64,000 nucleotides of DNA. Origin: Candidatus Eiseniibacteriota bacterium. GTDB lineage: Bacteria; Eisenbacteria; RBG-16-71-46; CAIMUX01; VGJL01. The stretch lies in the NCBI GenBank assembly GCA_016867495.1, contig VGJL01000005.1:720-64719 (forward strand), given 5' to 3'. The translations under genes were made by a program, and so were the position numbers. The notes under the pieces were generated by a model. It made no database searches, was not told where the DNA came from, and saw only the letters and a list, made by a program, of their open reading frames with translations. Shown here in pieces: positions 40,702 to 48,730 of this stretch (position 1 is its first letter; every line of letters begins with the position of its first letter).

Positions 40702-41268
40702 ATGCCCTGCACGGCGCAGATCCTCGTGACCCTCCGCAATGCCGATCCGACGGCGCTGACAGCGAAGAGCTGCCTGCAACGCTGGCTGGGCTACGGGGAG
40801 CGCCTGAGGGATCTGCGCCGGGGGGTGCTCTGGGAGCTGACGGCGTCCGAGGAGGCCGACGTCGAGGGGGGGCTTTCGCTCGTGCGGACGAGCGGCGAGC
40901 TGTGGAACCCGAACAAGGAGGTCGCCACGACTCGCATGCCCGGCGCTTCCGACGTGGAGCTCGTTCCGCCCGGGTGCGACAGTCCCGCCAGGTGGCGTTT
41001 CGTACTGGCGTGGGATCCCGAGCGGGACATCGACCGGCCGCTCAGGTCCCTGCGCGAGGCGAGGGATCGCGGCATGCGGCTCGCCCGCGGCACGCTCTGG
41101 GCGCTGCGATGGGACGCCCTCGACGAGGCCGAGGTCGATCGCCTGACGATCGAGGCGGCCCGCTGCCGGGGGCCAAGGGAGGGGCTCCTGGTCCATCCGC
41201 ATCTCGAGGATCACAGGATCGTCGCGGCCACGCTGGCGCCGCCCTGGCTTCCGCGGGCAACGGGGTGA
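40702..41268 (+). CDS. purS: PurS-like protein of double length (188 aa), consistent with tandem-fused PurS domains
   Basis: The first ~80 aa align by eye to PurS (ILVTLRNADPTALTAKSCLQR.LGYGE.LRDLRRGVLWEL). The second half (RWRFVLAWDP...RGMRLARGTLWAL...EVDRLTIEAARC) repeats the same pattern in degenerate form. Confidence 0.6.
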   Translation: MPCTAQILVTLRNADPTALTAKSCLQRWLGYGERLRDLRRGVLWELTASEEADVEGGLSLVRTSGELWNPNKEVATTRMPGASDVELVPPGCDSPARWRFVLAWDPERDIDRPLRSLREARDRGMRLARGTLWALRWDALDEAEVDRLTIEAARCRGPREGLLVHPHLEDHRIVAATLAPPWLPRATG

Positions 41269-41274
41269 GAGGGG

Positions 41275-42672
41275 ATGGAGACTTCGGGGTTCCATGAGGA
41301 GTGCGGGCTGTTCGGGATCTACGGACAGGGTGACATCGCCGAGATGATCTACTTCGGCCTCTACGCCCTCCAGCACCGGGGCCAGGAGGGGGCGGGCATG
41401 GTCGTGCACAACGGACGCAGGACCCGCGTGCACAGAGGGCTCGGACTCGTTTCTGACATCTTCCCGGAGTCTGTGCGCGCGCATCTGGACGGCCACATGG
41501 GGATCGGCCACAATCGATACGCGACGACGGGCAAGGCGACCAAGCTTCGCAATGTCCAGCCGATCCTTGTCGACTACAAAGCTGGCAAGCTGGCGATCGC
41601 GCACAACGGCAATCTGGTGAATGTCGTCGAGCTGCGCCGCCAGATGGAGCGTGAGGGAAGCATCTTCCAGACGAGCACCGATTCGGAGGTCGTCCTGCAT
41701 CTGATCGCGCGCTCCAGGGCGGAGACGCTGCCCGAGCGAGTTCTCGACGCAGTGGATCAGGTGGAAGGAGCCCTCAGCTGCCTCATCATGAACGAGCGGA
41801 TGATCATCGGCTACCGCGATCCCCTCGGGTTCCGTCCCCTCTCGCTCGGCTACCTCGACGGCGCCTACATCCTCGCCTCCGAGAGCTGCGCATTCGACAT
41901 CCTCGGCGCCCAGGCGGTCCGGGACGTGACGCCCGGCGAGATGATCGTCCTCGACGGACACGGGGTCCAGAGCCGGATGCACAGGGCGGGAGAGAAGCAC
42001 GCCTACTGCGTCTTCGAGCAGATCTACTTCTCGAGGCCCGACTCGACCGTCTTCGGGGAAAGCGTCAATGCCGTCCGGCGCCAGCTCGGGCGCATTCTCG
42101 CGCGGCGGCATCCCGTCGAGGCCGACATCGTGATGTCGATCCCGGACTCCTCTAACAGCGCCGCCCTCGGTTTCGCCGCGGAGACGGGCCTGCCCTACGA
42201 GCTTGCCCTGATCCGCAACCACTATGTGGGTCGGACTTTCATCCGTCCCGGGCAGAGATCGCGCGTCGATGCCGTCCGGGTGAAGTTCAACCCGGTGGAG
42301 GAGATCATCCGGGGAAAGCGGCTCATCGTGGTCGACGACTCGATCGTCCGCGGGACGACGAGTCGGCAGCTCGTGCGCCTGCTCTTCCGGGCCGGGGCGC
42401 GGGAAGTCCACTTCAGGGTCGCCAGCCCTCCGATCATCAATCCCTGCCACTACGGGATCGACACGCCGCGCAAGGTCGACCTGATCGGCAGCCGGATGGA
42501 GATCGAGCAGATCCAGAGCTTCCTCGGCGCGACGACGCTCGGCTACCTATCGATCGAGGACCTGCGCGCCGCCGTCTCCGCGCCCCACTCCTACTGCTAC
42601 GCCTGCTTCGGGGGAGTCTATCCGACGCGCGTGCCCTCCGAGGCGGATCCCCTCGTGTTCGACGTGGACTGA
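41275..42672 (+). CDS. purF: Amidophosphoribosyltransferase
   Basis: N-terminal nucleophile CGLFGIYG. PRTase motif (LIVVDDSIVRGTTS). Confidence 0.9.
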   Translation: METSGFHEECGLFGIYGQGDIAEMIYFGLYALQHRGQEGAGMVVHNGRRTRVHRGLGLVSDIFPESVRAHLDGHMGIGHNRYATTGKATKLRNVQPILVDYKAGKLAIAHNGNLVNVVELRRQMEREGSIFQTSTDSEVVLHLIARSRAETLPERVLDAVDQVEGALSCLIMNERMIIGYRDPLGFRPLSLGYLDGAYILASESCAFDILGAQAVRDVTPGEMIVLDGHGVQSRMHRAGEKHAYCVFEQIYFSRPDSTVFGESVNAVRRQLGRILARRHPVEADIVMSIPDSSNSAALGFAAETGLPYELALIRNHYVGRTFIRPGQRSRVDAVRVKFNPVEEIIRGKRLIVVDDSIVRGTTSRQLVRLLFRAGAREVHFRVASPPIINPCHYGIDTPRKVDLIGSRMEIEQIQSFLGATTLGYLSIEDLRAAVSAPHSYCYACFGGVYPTRVPSEADPLVFDVD

Positions 42673-42675
42673 CCC

Positions 42676-43914
42676 GTGGGATTCGAGCTCTTCGTCGCGC
42701 GGCGTCACTTGCTCCCGCATCGGGGAAGGATCTTCCTCTCCTTCATCACCCTGATAACGATCGGCGCGGTCGCGCTCGGTGTGATGGCCTTGATCGTGAT
42801 CCTCGCCGTGATGAACGGCTTCGAGAAGGAGGTCAAGGACCGGATCGTGGGCACGAATGCGCACGTGATCCTGCTGGCCTACGGCGAGGACGGCATCGCC
42901 GAATTCGATTCCCTGGCGGCCCGCCTGGAGGGCGTGGCCGATGTCGTCGCCGTGGCGCCGTTCGTCTACGCCAAGGCGATGATGATCGCGGACGGCAAGG
43001 CGGATGGGGGTGTGATCAAGGGGATCGACGCCGACCGCGAGGATCTCGTGACGCAGGTGATGACGTATGTGGAGACGTTTCCGGACGCGCCGCCGCTGAG
43101 GCCGGCGCCCGGGGCGACTCCGGGGATCATCCTTGGCGTCCACCTGGCCGACGGCCTCGGTCTCACGGTCGGCGACAAGTTGCAGCTCGTCTCTCCCAAG
43201 GGAACCGCCCCCACGCCGCTCGGTTTCATCCCCAAGGTGAGGACCTTCGTCCTCTCCGGGGTCTTCCGCTCAGGCATGTGGGAGTACGACGCGGGGATGG
43301 CCTTCATCGATCTCGAGCAGGCGCAGCAGTTCTTCGACCTCGGGAATCGAGTCACGGCCCTGGAGATCAGGGTCCGTGACATGTACAAGGCCCCGGAGGT
43401 GGCGGAGGAGGTGCTCGCGGTTGCGGGGGGATTCCCGTACAGGACGAACGACTGGATGGCCCTCAACGCGAACCTCTTCTCGTGGATGGAGACGGAAAAG
43501 GAGGTGATGTTCATCATCCTCGCCCTGATCATCCTGGTCGCGGCCTTCAACATCGCTTCCTCCCAGATCATGCTGGTGAAGGTCAAGCGAAGGGAGATCG
43601 GTGTGCTCAAGGCGATGGGAGCGACCCAGGGCGGGATCCGCCGCCTCTTCGTCATCGAGGGGGTTGCCGTCGGGGCCGTGGGCATGGCCCTCGGAACCCT
43701 CGCGGGGCTTCTCCTCTGCTGGCTCCTCGATCGCTACAAGTTCATCAAGCTTCCCGGGGATGTCTACTTCATCGACACCTTGCCCGTGCGCCTGGAGGGG
43801 ATGGACGTGCTGGCGATCGAGCTGGCAGTGCTGCTGCTCAGCGCCCTGGCGACCTTCCTCCCCGCCTGGTGGGCGTCGAGGTTCGATCCCGTCGAGGCGA
43901 TCCGGCATGAGTGA
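42676..43914 (+). CDS. lolE: Lipoprotein-releasing system permease (LolC/LolE, FtsX-like)
   Basis: 4-TM FtsX/MacB-like topology with a large periplasmic loop. N-terminal FELFVARRHL motif. Adjacent to lolD. Confidence 0.8.
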   Translation: MGFELFVARRHLLPHRGRIFLSFITLITIGAVALGVMALIVILAVMNGFEKEVKDRIVGTNAHVILLAYGEDGIAEFDSLAARLEGVADVVAVAPFVYAKAMMIADGKADGGVIKGIDADREDLVTQVMTYVETFPDAPPLRPAPGATPGIILGVHLADGLGLTVGDKLQLVSPKGTAPTPLGFIPKVRTFVLSGVFRSGMWEYDAGMAFIDLEQAQQFFDLGNRVTALEIRVRDMYKAPEVAEEVLAVAGGFPYRTNDWMALNANLFSWMETEKEVMFIILALIILVAAFNIASSQIMLVKVKRREIGVLKAMGATQGGIRRLFVIEGVAVGAVGMALGTLAGLLLCWLLDRYKFIKLPGDVYFIDTLPVRLEGMDVLAIELAVLLLSALATFLPAWWASRFDPVEAIRHE

Positions 43915-44641
43915 GAAGATCGTCGTCGCCTCCGGAATCACCAAGCGCTTCGTGATGGCGGGCGAGGTTCTCGAGGTGCTGCAGGGGGTCGATCTCGATG
44001 TGCTGGCCGGCGAGATCCTGGCGATCCAGGGGGCCTCCGGTGTCGGCAAGAGCACTCTTCTCCACATCCTGGGAACCCTGGACAGGCCGAGCGGCGGCGT
44101 CATTCGCTTCGCCGAGGGAAACGTCCTCGATCTCTCCGACCGGGAGCTGGCTAGCTTCCGGAACCGGCACATCGGCTTCGTCTTTCAGTTCCACCACCTT
44201 CTCCCGGAGTTCACGGCGCTCGAAAACGTCATGATGCCCGGCCTGATCGCCGCCGCTCCTCGCAGGGAAGCCCGGTTGCGGGCCGCAGAGCTCTTGGCCA
44301 CCGTCGGCCTTCAGGATCGGGCGCGCCACAAGCCTCAGGAGCTCTCCGGAGGAGAGCAGCAGCGGGTCGCGGTCGCGCGCAGTCTCTTCCAGTCCCCGAG
44401 GCTGGTCATCGCGGACGAGCCCTCCGGCAACCTCGATCCCGGGACGGCGGAGCGTCTCCATGAGCTGGTGTATACTCTGGCCAAGGAGCGGGGAGTCGCC
44501 TGGGTCATCGCGACGCACAACGAGAACCTGGCGAGGATTGCCGATAGAAGGGGTAGGTTGGTGGGGGGGCGCATGAGGACCGAGGCGGCCGGCCTGGATT
44601 CGGCCTCGGCCGCTCGTCCACCGGAGGTGTTGACAGAGTGA
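43907..44641 (+). CDS. lolD: Lipoprotein-releasing system ATP-binding protein LolD (ABC ATPase)
   Basis: Walker A GASGVGKST, ABC signature LSGGEQQRVAVARSL, Walker B LVIADEPSGNLD. Confidence 0.8.
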   Translation: MSEKIVVASGITKRFVMAGEVLEVLQGVDLDVLAGEILAIQGASGVGKSTLLHILGTLDRPSGGVIRFAEGNVLDLSDRELASFRNRHIGFVFQFHHLLPEFTALENVMMPGLIAAAPRREARLRAAELLATVGLQDRARHKPQELSGGEQQRVAVARSLFQSPRLVIADEPSGNLDPGTAERLHELVYTLAKERGVAWVIATHNENLARIADRRGRLVGGRMRTEAAGLDSASAARPPEVLTE

Positions 44642-45162
44642 AGTGCCAAGTCTGCGGCGAAGCTGAGGCGTCGATCCATTTCAAGGAGCTCAAGAACGAC
44701 GAGATGCGGGAGCTTCATCTCTGTCCCGCATGTGCGGAGGAGAAGGGGCTCCATGGCGTCGTGGAGCAGGACAAGCTCTCGCTCGCGAGCCAATTCGTCT
44801 GGATGGCCGAGAATCTCTACCCGGAGAGCGCGGCCAAGATCGGGGAGATCCACTGCTCGAAGTGCGGGCTCCGCTATACCGAGTTCACCCGCCACGGACG
44901 GCTCGGCTGCATGGACTGCTACGGCGCCTTCGACCTGCAGCTCCGCAGGCTTCTGCGGCGGATCCACGGCGCGACTAGACACGGCGGCAAGACCCCGGGG
45001 AGGCCGATCGCCCCGTCCGGGGCGCGCACGACCGTCCGCCGCCTCCAGGAGGAGCTGCAGCGGGCCGTCGCGCGGGAGGATTTCGAGAGGGCCGCGGAGC
45101 TGCGCGACCGCATTCGGGTCATCGAGGGAGCAGCCGCAAGTCCCGAGGGGAAGACGGAGTGA
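44638..45162 (+). CDS. mcsA: McsA-like protein (activator of protein-arginine kinase McsB; N-terminal Cys4 zinc-ribbon pairs plus C-terminal UVR domain)
   Basis: CQVCGE...HLCPACAEE ... CSKCG...RLGCMDCY zinc-finger pairs. UVR-like LQEELQRAVAREDFERAAELRDRIRVIEG. Collinear by eye with B. subtilis McsA. Confidence 0.75.
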   Translation: MKCQVCGEAEASIHFKELKNDEMRELHLCPACAEEKGLHGVVEQDKLSLASQFVWMAENLYPESAAKIGEIHCSKCGLRYTEFTRHGRLGCMDCYGAFDLQLRRLLRRIHGATRHGGKTPGRPIAPSGARTTVRRLQEELQRAVAREDFERAAELRDRIRVIEGAAASPEGKTE

Positions 45163-46241
45163 TCCCGATCGATCGGATGCTCGCCGAGGGCGGCCCGTGG
45201 CTCAACGGGAGCGGAAGCCGGGCCGACGAGATCCTCTCAACTCGCGTTCGCCTCGCGCGCAATCTGGCCGGCATGCGTTTCGTCGGCCGCGCCTCGGAAG
45301 AGGATCTGGAGGCGATCTTCCTGCGAATCGTCGGGGCCGTGCGACTGGTGGAGGCGCTGCGGCCGGGCTCGATGAGCCCGATCGACCAGCTGGGGGTTCT
45401 CGACCGGCACTTCCTCCTAGAGCGCCATCTCTTATCGCCCGATCTGACTTCCGAGGCGAAGCACCGCGGCCTGGCGATCTCGTCGGACGAGACGCTGAGC
45501 GTCATGATCAACGAGGAGGACCATCTCCGCCTTCAGTGCCTCAAGAGCGGCATGCAGCTCGATGAGGCGTTGCAGGCCGCGAACGCCCTGGACGATCAGC
45601 TGAGCGAGCACGTTCCATTCGCCTGGTCGGAGGAGTTCGGCTATCTCACCGCCTGTCCCACCAACGTGGGAACGGGGCTGCGCGCGAGCCTTCTGGTCCA
45701 CCTCCCCTCCCTTGTTCTGACGCAGAGGATCAAGAGGTCCTGACCGGCGTGGACTCAGGTGGGTCTTGCCGTCCGCGGCTTCCACGGCGAGGGGACCGAC
45801 GTTGTGGGCAACTTCTTCCAGATCAGCAATCAGGTGACCCTCGGAGTTTCCGAGGAGGCGACGATCGAGAAGCTGCGGGGCGTCGTCCTGCAGATTCTCG
45901 AGATGGAGACGAAGGCGAGGGAGGGCCTCCTTCGCGACGCGCGCACCCAGGTGCTCGACAAGATCGGACGCTCCCTGGGAACGTTGCGCTACGCGCGGGT
46001 TCTCTCCTCGCAGGAGTGCGTGGCGCTCCTGTCGGCCGTCCGATTCGGGCACTCCATCGGGGTCGAGAACCTCCCCTCGATCGGCACGCTGAACGAGCTT
46101 CTGATTTACTGCCAGCCTGCCCACCTGCAGAAGCTGGCCGGAAGGGAGATGGGTTCCGCGGAGAGGGCCGAGTTCCGGGCCAGGTGGATCCAGGAGCGGC
46201 TCGGCGTCACGGACGCGCCGCGGGCCTCGACCAAGCCCTAG
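45159..46241 (+). CDS. mcsB: Protein-arginine kinase McsB (ATP:guanido phosphotransferase family), interrupted by one in-frame TGA at 45741-45743
   Basis: ORFs 45159..45743 and 45759..46241 are in the same frame. They match the N- and C-halves of McsB (SxRx[27 protein letters not shown], then [24 protein letters not shown]). The stop lies where homologues have a sense codon. Confidence 0.75.
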
Positions 46242-46266
46242 AGGCGCAGTCGACAGGAAGGAAGCG

Positions 46267-48705
46267 ATGCACGACAAGTTCACCGACAGGGTTCGGAAGG
46301 TGATCTTCCTGGCCCGCGAGGAAGCGAGCCGGCTCCAGCACGATTCGATTGGAACGGAGCACCTTCTGCTGGGTCTCCTGCGCGAGGGGGAGGGGATCGC
46401 CGCCACGGTTCTGAACAACCTCGGCCTCGACCTCGATGTCATACGCCATGCGGTTGAGAGCATGGTCTCGCAGACGGGGGGGACGCTGACGATCGGCGAG
46501 ATCCCGTTCACGTCGAACGCGAAGCGCGTTCTGGAGCTCGCCGTCGACGAAGCCAGGCAACTGAACCACAACTACATCGGCACCGAGCATCTCCTGCTCG
46601 GCCTCATCCGGGAGGGGGAGGGGGTCGCAGCGAAGGTTCTCATGGACATGGGCGTGGATCGCAAGAAGGTCCGCGACGAGACTCTGAAGCTGCTCGGGGG
46701 AGCCTCTCAGGCGAGCCAGGGGGAGGCGGAGGAGAAGGCGGAGACCCCAAGCCTCAACCAGTTCGGACGCGATCTGACCCAGCTTGCCCGTGAGGGAAAG
46801 CTCGATCCGATCTTCGGCCGCTCCGAGGAGATCGAGCGGGTGATCCAGATCCTCTGCCGGCGGAAGAAGAACAACCCGATCCTGATCGGGGAGCCAGGGG
46901 TCGGGAAGACGGCGATCGTGGAGGGGCTGGCGGCCCAGATCGTCGAGGGGAAGGTCCCGGAGCTGTTGCGCAATAAGAGACTCATAACGCTGGATCTTGC
47001 ATCTGTAGTTGCCGGAACGAAGTATCGCGGACAGTTCGAGGAACGCCTGAAGAACATCATGAACGAGATCCGCGAGTCGCAAGACACGATCATCTTCATC
47101 GACGAGCTGCACACCATCGTCGGAGCGGGCGGCGCGGAGGGGGCGATCGATGCCTCCAACATGCTCAAGCCGGCCCTCTCCCGCGGCGAGCTGCAGTGCA
47201 TCGGCGCGACCACCCTGGACGAGTACAGGAAGTACATCGAAAAGGACGGAGCGCTCGAACGAAGGTTCCAGATGATCCTTGTGGAGGCCCCGAGCGTCGA
47301 AGAGACGATCCAGATCCTGAGGGGACTGCGGGACAAGTACGAGGCGCACCACAGGGTCCGCTATCAGGACGAGGCGCTCGTGTCGGCGGTGAAGCTCTCG
47401 GACCGCTTCATCACCGATCGCCATCTTCCCGACAAGTCGATCGACGTCATCGACGAGGCGGGCTCCCGGGCTCGCCTATCGATGTCAACTGTCCCGAGCG
47501 AGCTGCACGAGCTCGACAAGAAGATCGAGAGGATCGCGAGCGAGAAGGAGGCCGCCATCCGCGCTCAGGAGTTCGAGAAGGCGGCCTCGTTCCGCGACCG
47601 GGAGAAGGAGCTGAGACAGGAGTACTACCGCCTCAAGAAGGAGTGGGCCGACACCAAGAGCGTGCGCCGCACGGAAGTGACCAGCGAGGACATCGCCTTC
47701 ATCATCTCGCGGATGACCAAGATCCCGCTGGCGAAGCTGGAGGAGAAGGAGCAGGAGAAGATGCTCAAGCTCGAGGACGAGCTGGGCAAGTACATCATCG
47801 GCCAGGAGGAGGCCGTGACGGCGATCGCCAAGGCCGTCCGCCGCAATCGGGCTGGCCTGCGCGATCCGAGGCGGCCGATCGGAACCTTCATCTTCCTCGG
47901 GCCGACCGGGGTCGGAAAGACCGAGTTGGCCAGGGTGATCGCCCGCTACCTCTTCAGCGATCCCGACGCCTTGATCCGCGTCGACATGAGCGAGTACATG
48001 GAGAAGTTCTCCGTCTCGAGGCTCGTTGGAGCCCCTCCGGGATACGTCGGCTACGAGGAAGGGGGGCAGCTGACGGAGAAAGTCAGGCGCAAGCCCTACT
48101 CGGTCGTCCTGCTGGACGAAATCGAGAAGGCGCATCCGGACGTCTTCAACATCCTGCTGCAGGTCCTCGAGGACGGCCAGCTGACCGACAGCCTGAAGCG
48201 GAAGGTCAACTTCAAGAACACGGTTCTCATCATGACCTCCAATATCGGGGCGAGGCTCATTCGCGGCCAGGGCCGGATGGGCTTCCAGCGGCAGGATGCC
48301 GACGTGACGTACAACCAGATGAAGGCCACCGTGATGGATGAGGTCAGGAAGGTCTTCAATCCCGAGTTTCTGAACCGCATTGACGAGATCATCGTCTTCC
48401 GCGGCCTCGAGAGGCCCGACCTGGAGAAGATCATCGAGATCCTCCTGAACCAGGTCCGCGACCGTCTGAGGGAGAACGACATTGCCTTGACGATGACGCC
48501 GGGGGCCGTGAACCTTCTGCTCGACAAGGGGTATGAACCAGCGCTCGGGGCGCGTCCCCTCCGGCGGGCGATCCAGAAGCTGATCGAGGATCCTCTCGCC
48601 GAGCTGGTCATGAAGGGGAAGATCCGAGCGGGGACCGAGGTCAAGATCTCCAAGAGGGGGGAGGAGCTCTTCTTCGAGGAGAAGGTTCCCGAGGTCTCGC
48701 GCTGA
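46267..48705 (+). CDS. clpC: ATP-dependent Clp protease ATP-binding subunit ClpC (two Clp_N repeats, two AAA+ modules, middle UVR-like linker)
   Basis: N-terminal repeat [15 protein letters not shown] occurs twice. Walker A GEPGVGKT and GPTGVGKT. ClpB/ClpC signature regions. Confidence 0.9.
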   Translation: MHDKFTDRVRKVIFLAREEASRLQHDSIGTEHLLLGLLREGEGIAATVLNNLGLDLDVIRHAVESMVSQTGGTLTIGEIPFTSNAKRVLELAVDEARQLNHNYIGTEHLLLGLIREGEGVAAKVLMDMGVDRKKVRDETLKLLGGASQASQGEAEEKAETPSLNQFGRDLTQLAREGKLDPIFGRSEEIERVIQILCRRKKNNPILIGEPGVGKTAIVEGLAAQIVEGKVPELLRNKRLITLDLASVVAGTKYRGQFEERLKNIMNEIRESQDTIIFIDELHTIVGAGGAEGAIDASNMLKPALSRGELQCIGATTLDEYRKYIEKDGALERRFQMILVEAPSVEETIQILRGLRDKYEAHHRVRYQDEALVSAVKLSDRFITDRHLPDKSIDVIDEAGSRARLSMSTVPSELHELDKKIERIASEKEAAIRAQEFEKAASFRDREKELRQEYYRLKKEWADTKSVRRTEVTSEDIAFIISRMTKIPLAKLEEKEQEKMLKLEDELGKYIIGQEEAVTAIAKAVRRNRAGLRDPRRPIGTFIFLGPTGVGKTELARVIARYLFSDPDALIRVDMSEYMEKFSVSRLVGAPPGYVGYEEGGQLTEKVRRKPYSVVLLDEIEKAHPDVFNILLQVLEDGQLTDSLKRKVNFKNTVLIMTSNIGARLIRGQGRMGFQRQDADVTYNQMKATVMDEVRKVFNPEFLNRIDEIIVFRGLERPDLEKIIEILLNQVRDRLRENDIALTMTPGAVNLLLDKGYEPALGARPLRRAIQKLIEDPLAELVMKGKIRAGTEVKISKRGEELFFEEKVPEVSR

Positions 48706-48730
48706 GACGGAAGGCGGCCGGACCGCCAGG

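Noticed and set aside
44620-44640. TTGACA hexamer just upstream of mcsA, considered as a dedicated mcsA promoter or CtsR box
   Set aside because: A perfect -35 hexamer has no acceptable -10 at 16-19 nt spacing, and it lies inside the lolD coding sequence. No (A/G)GTCAAA direct-repeat heptads were found.
45741-45743. The in-frame TGA in mcsB interpreted as selenocysteine or as genetic-code reassignment
   Set aside because: McsB is not a known selenoprotein, and I saw no obvious SECIS-like stem downstream. TGA clearly terminates many other genes in the window, so UGA reassignment is excluded. An error, a nonsense mutation or context-dependent read-through remain possible.
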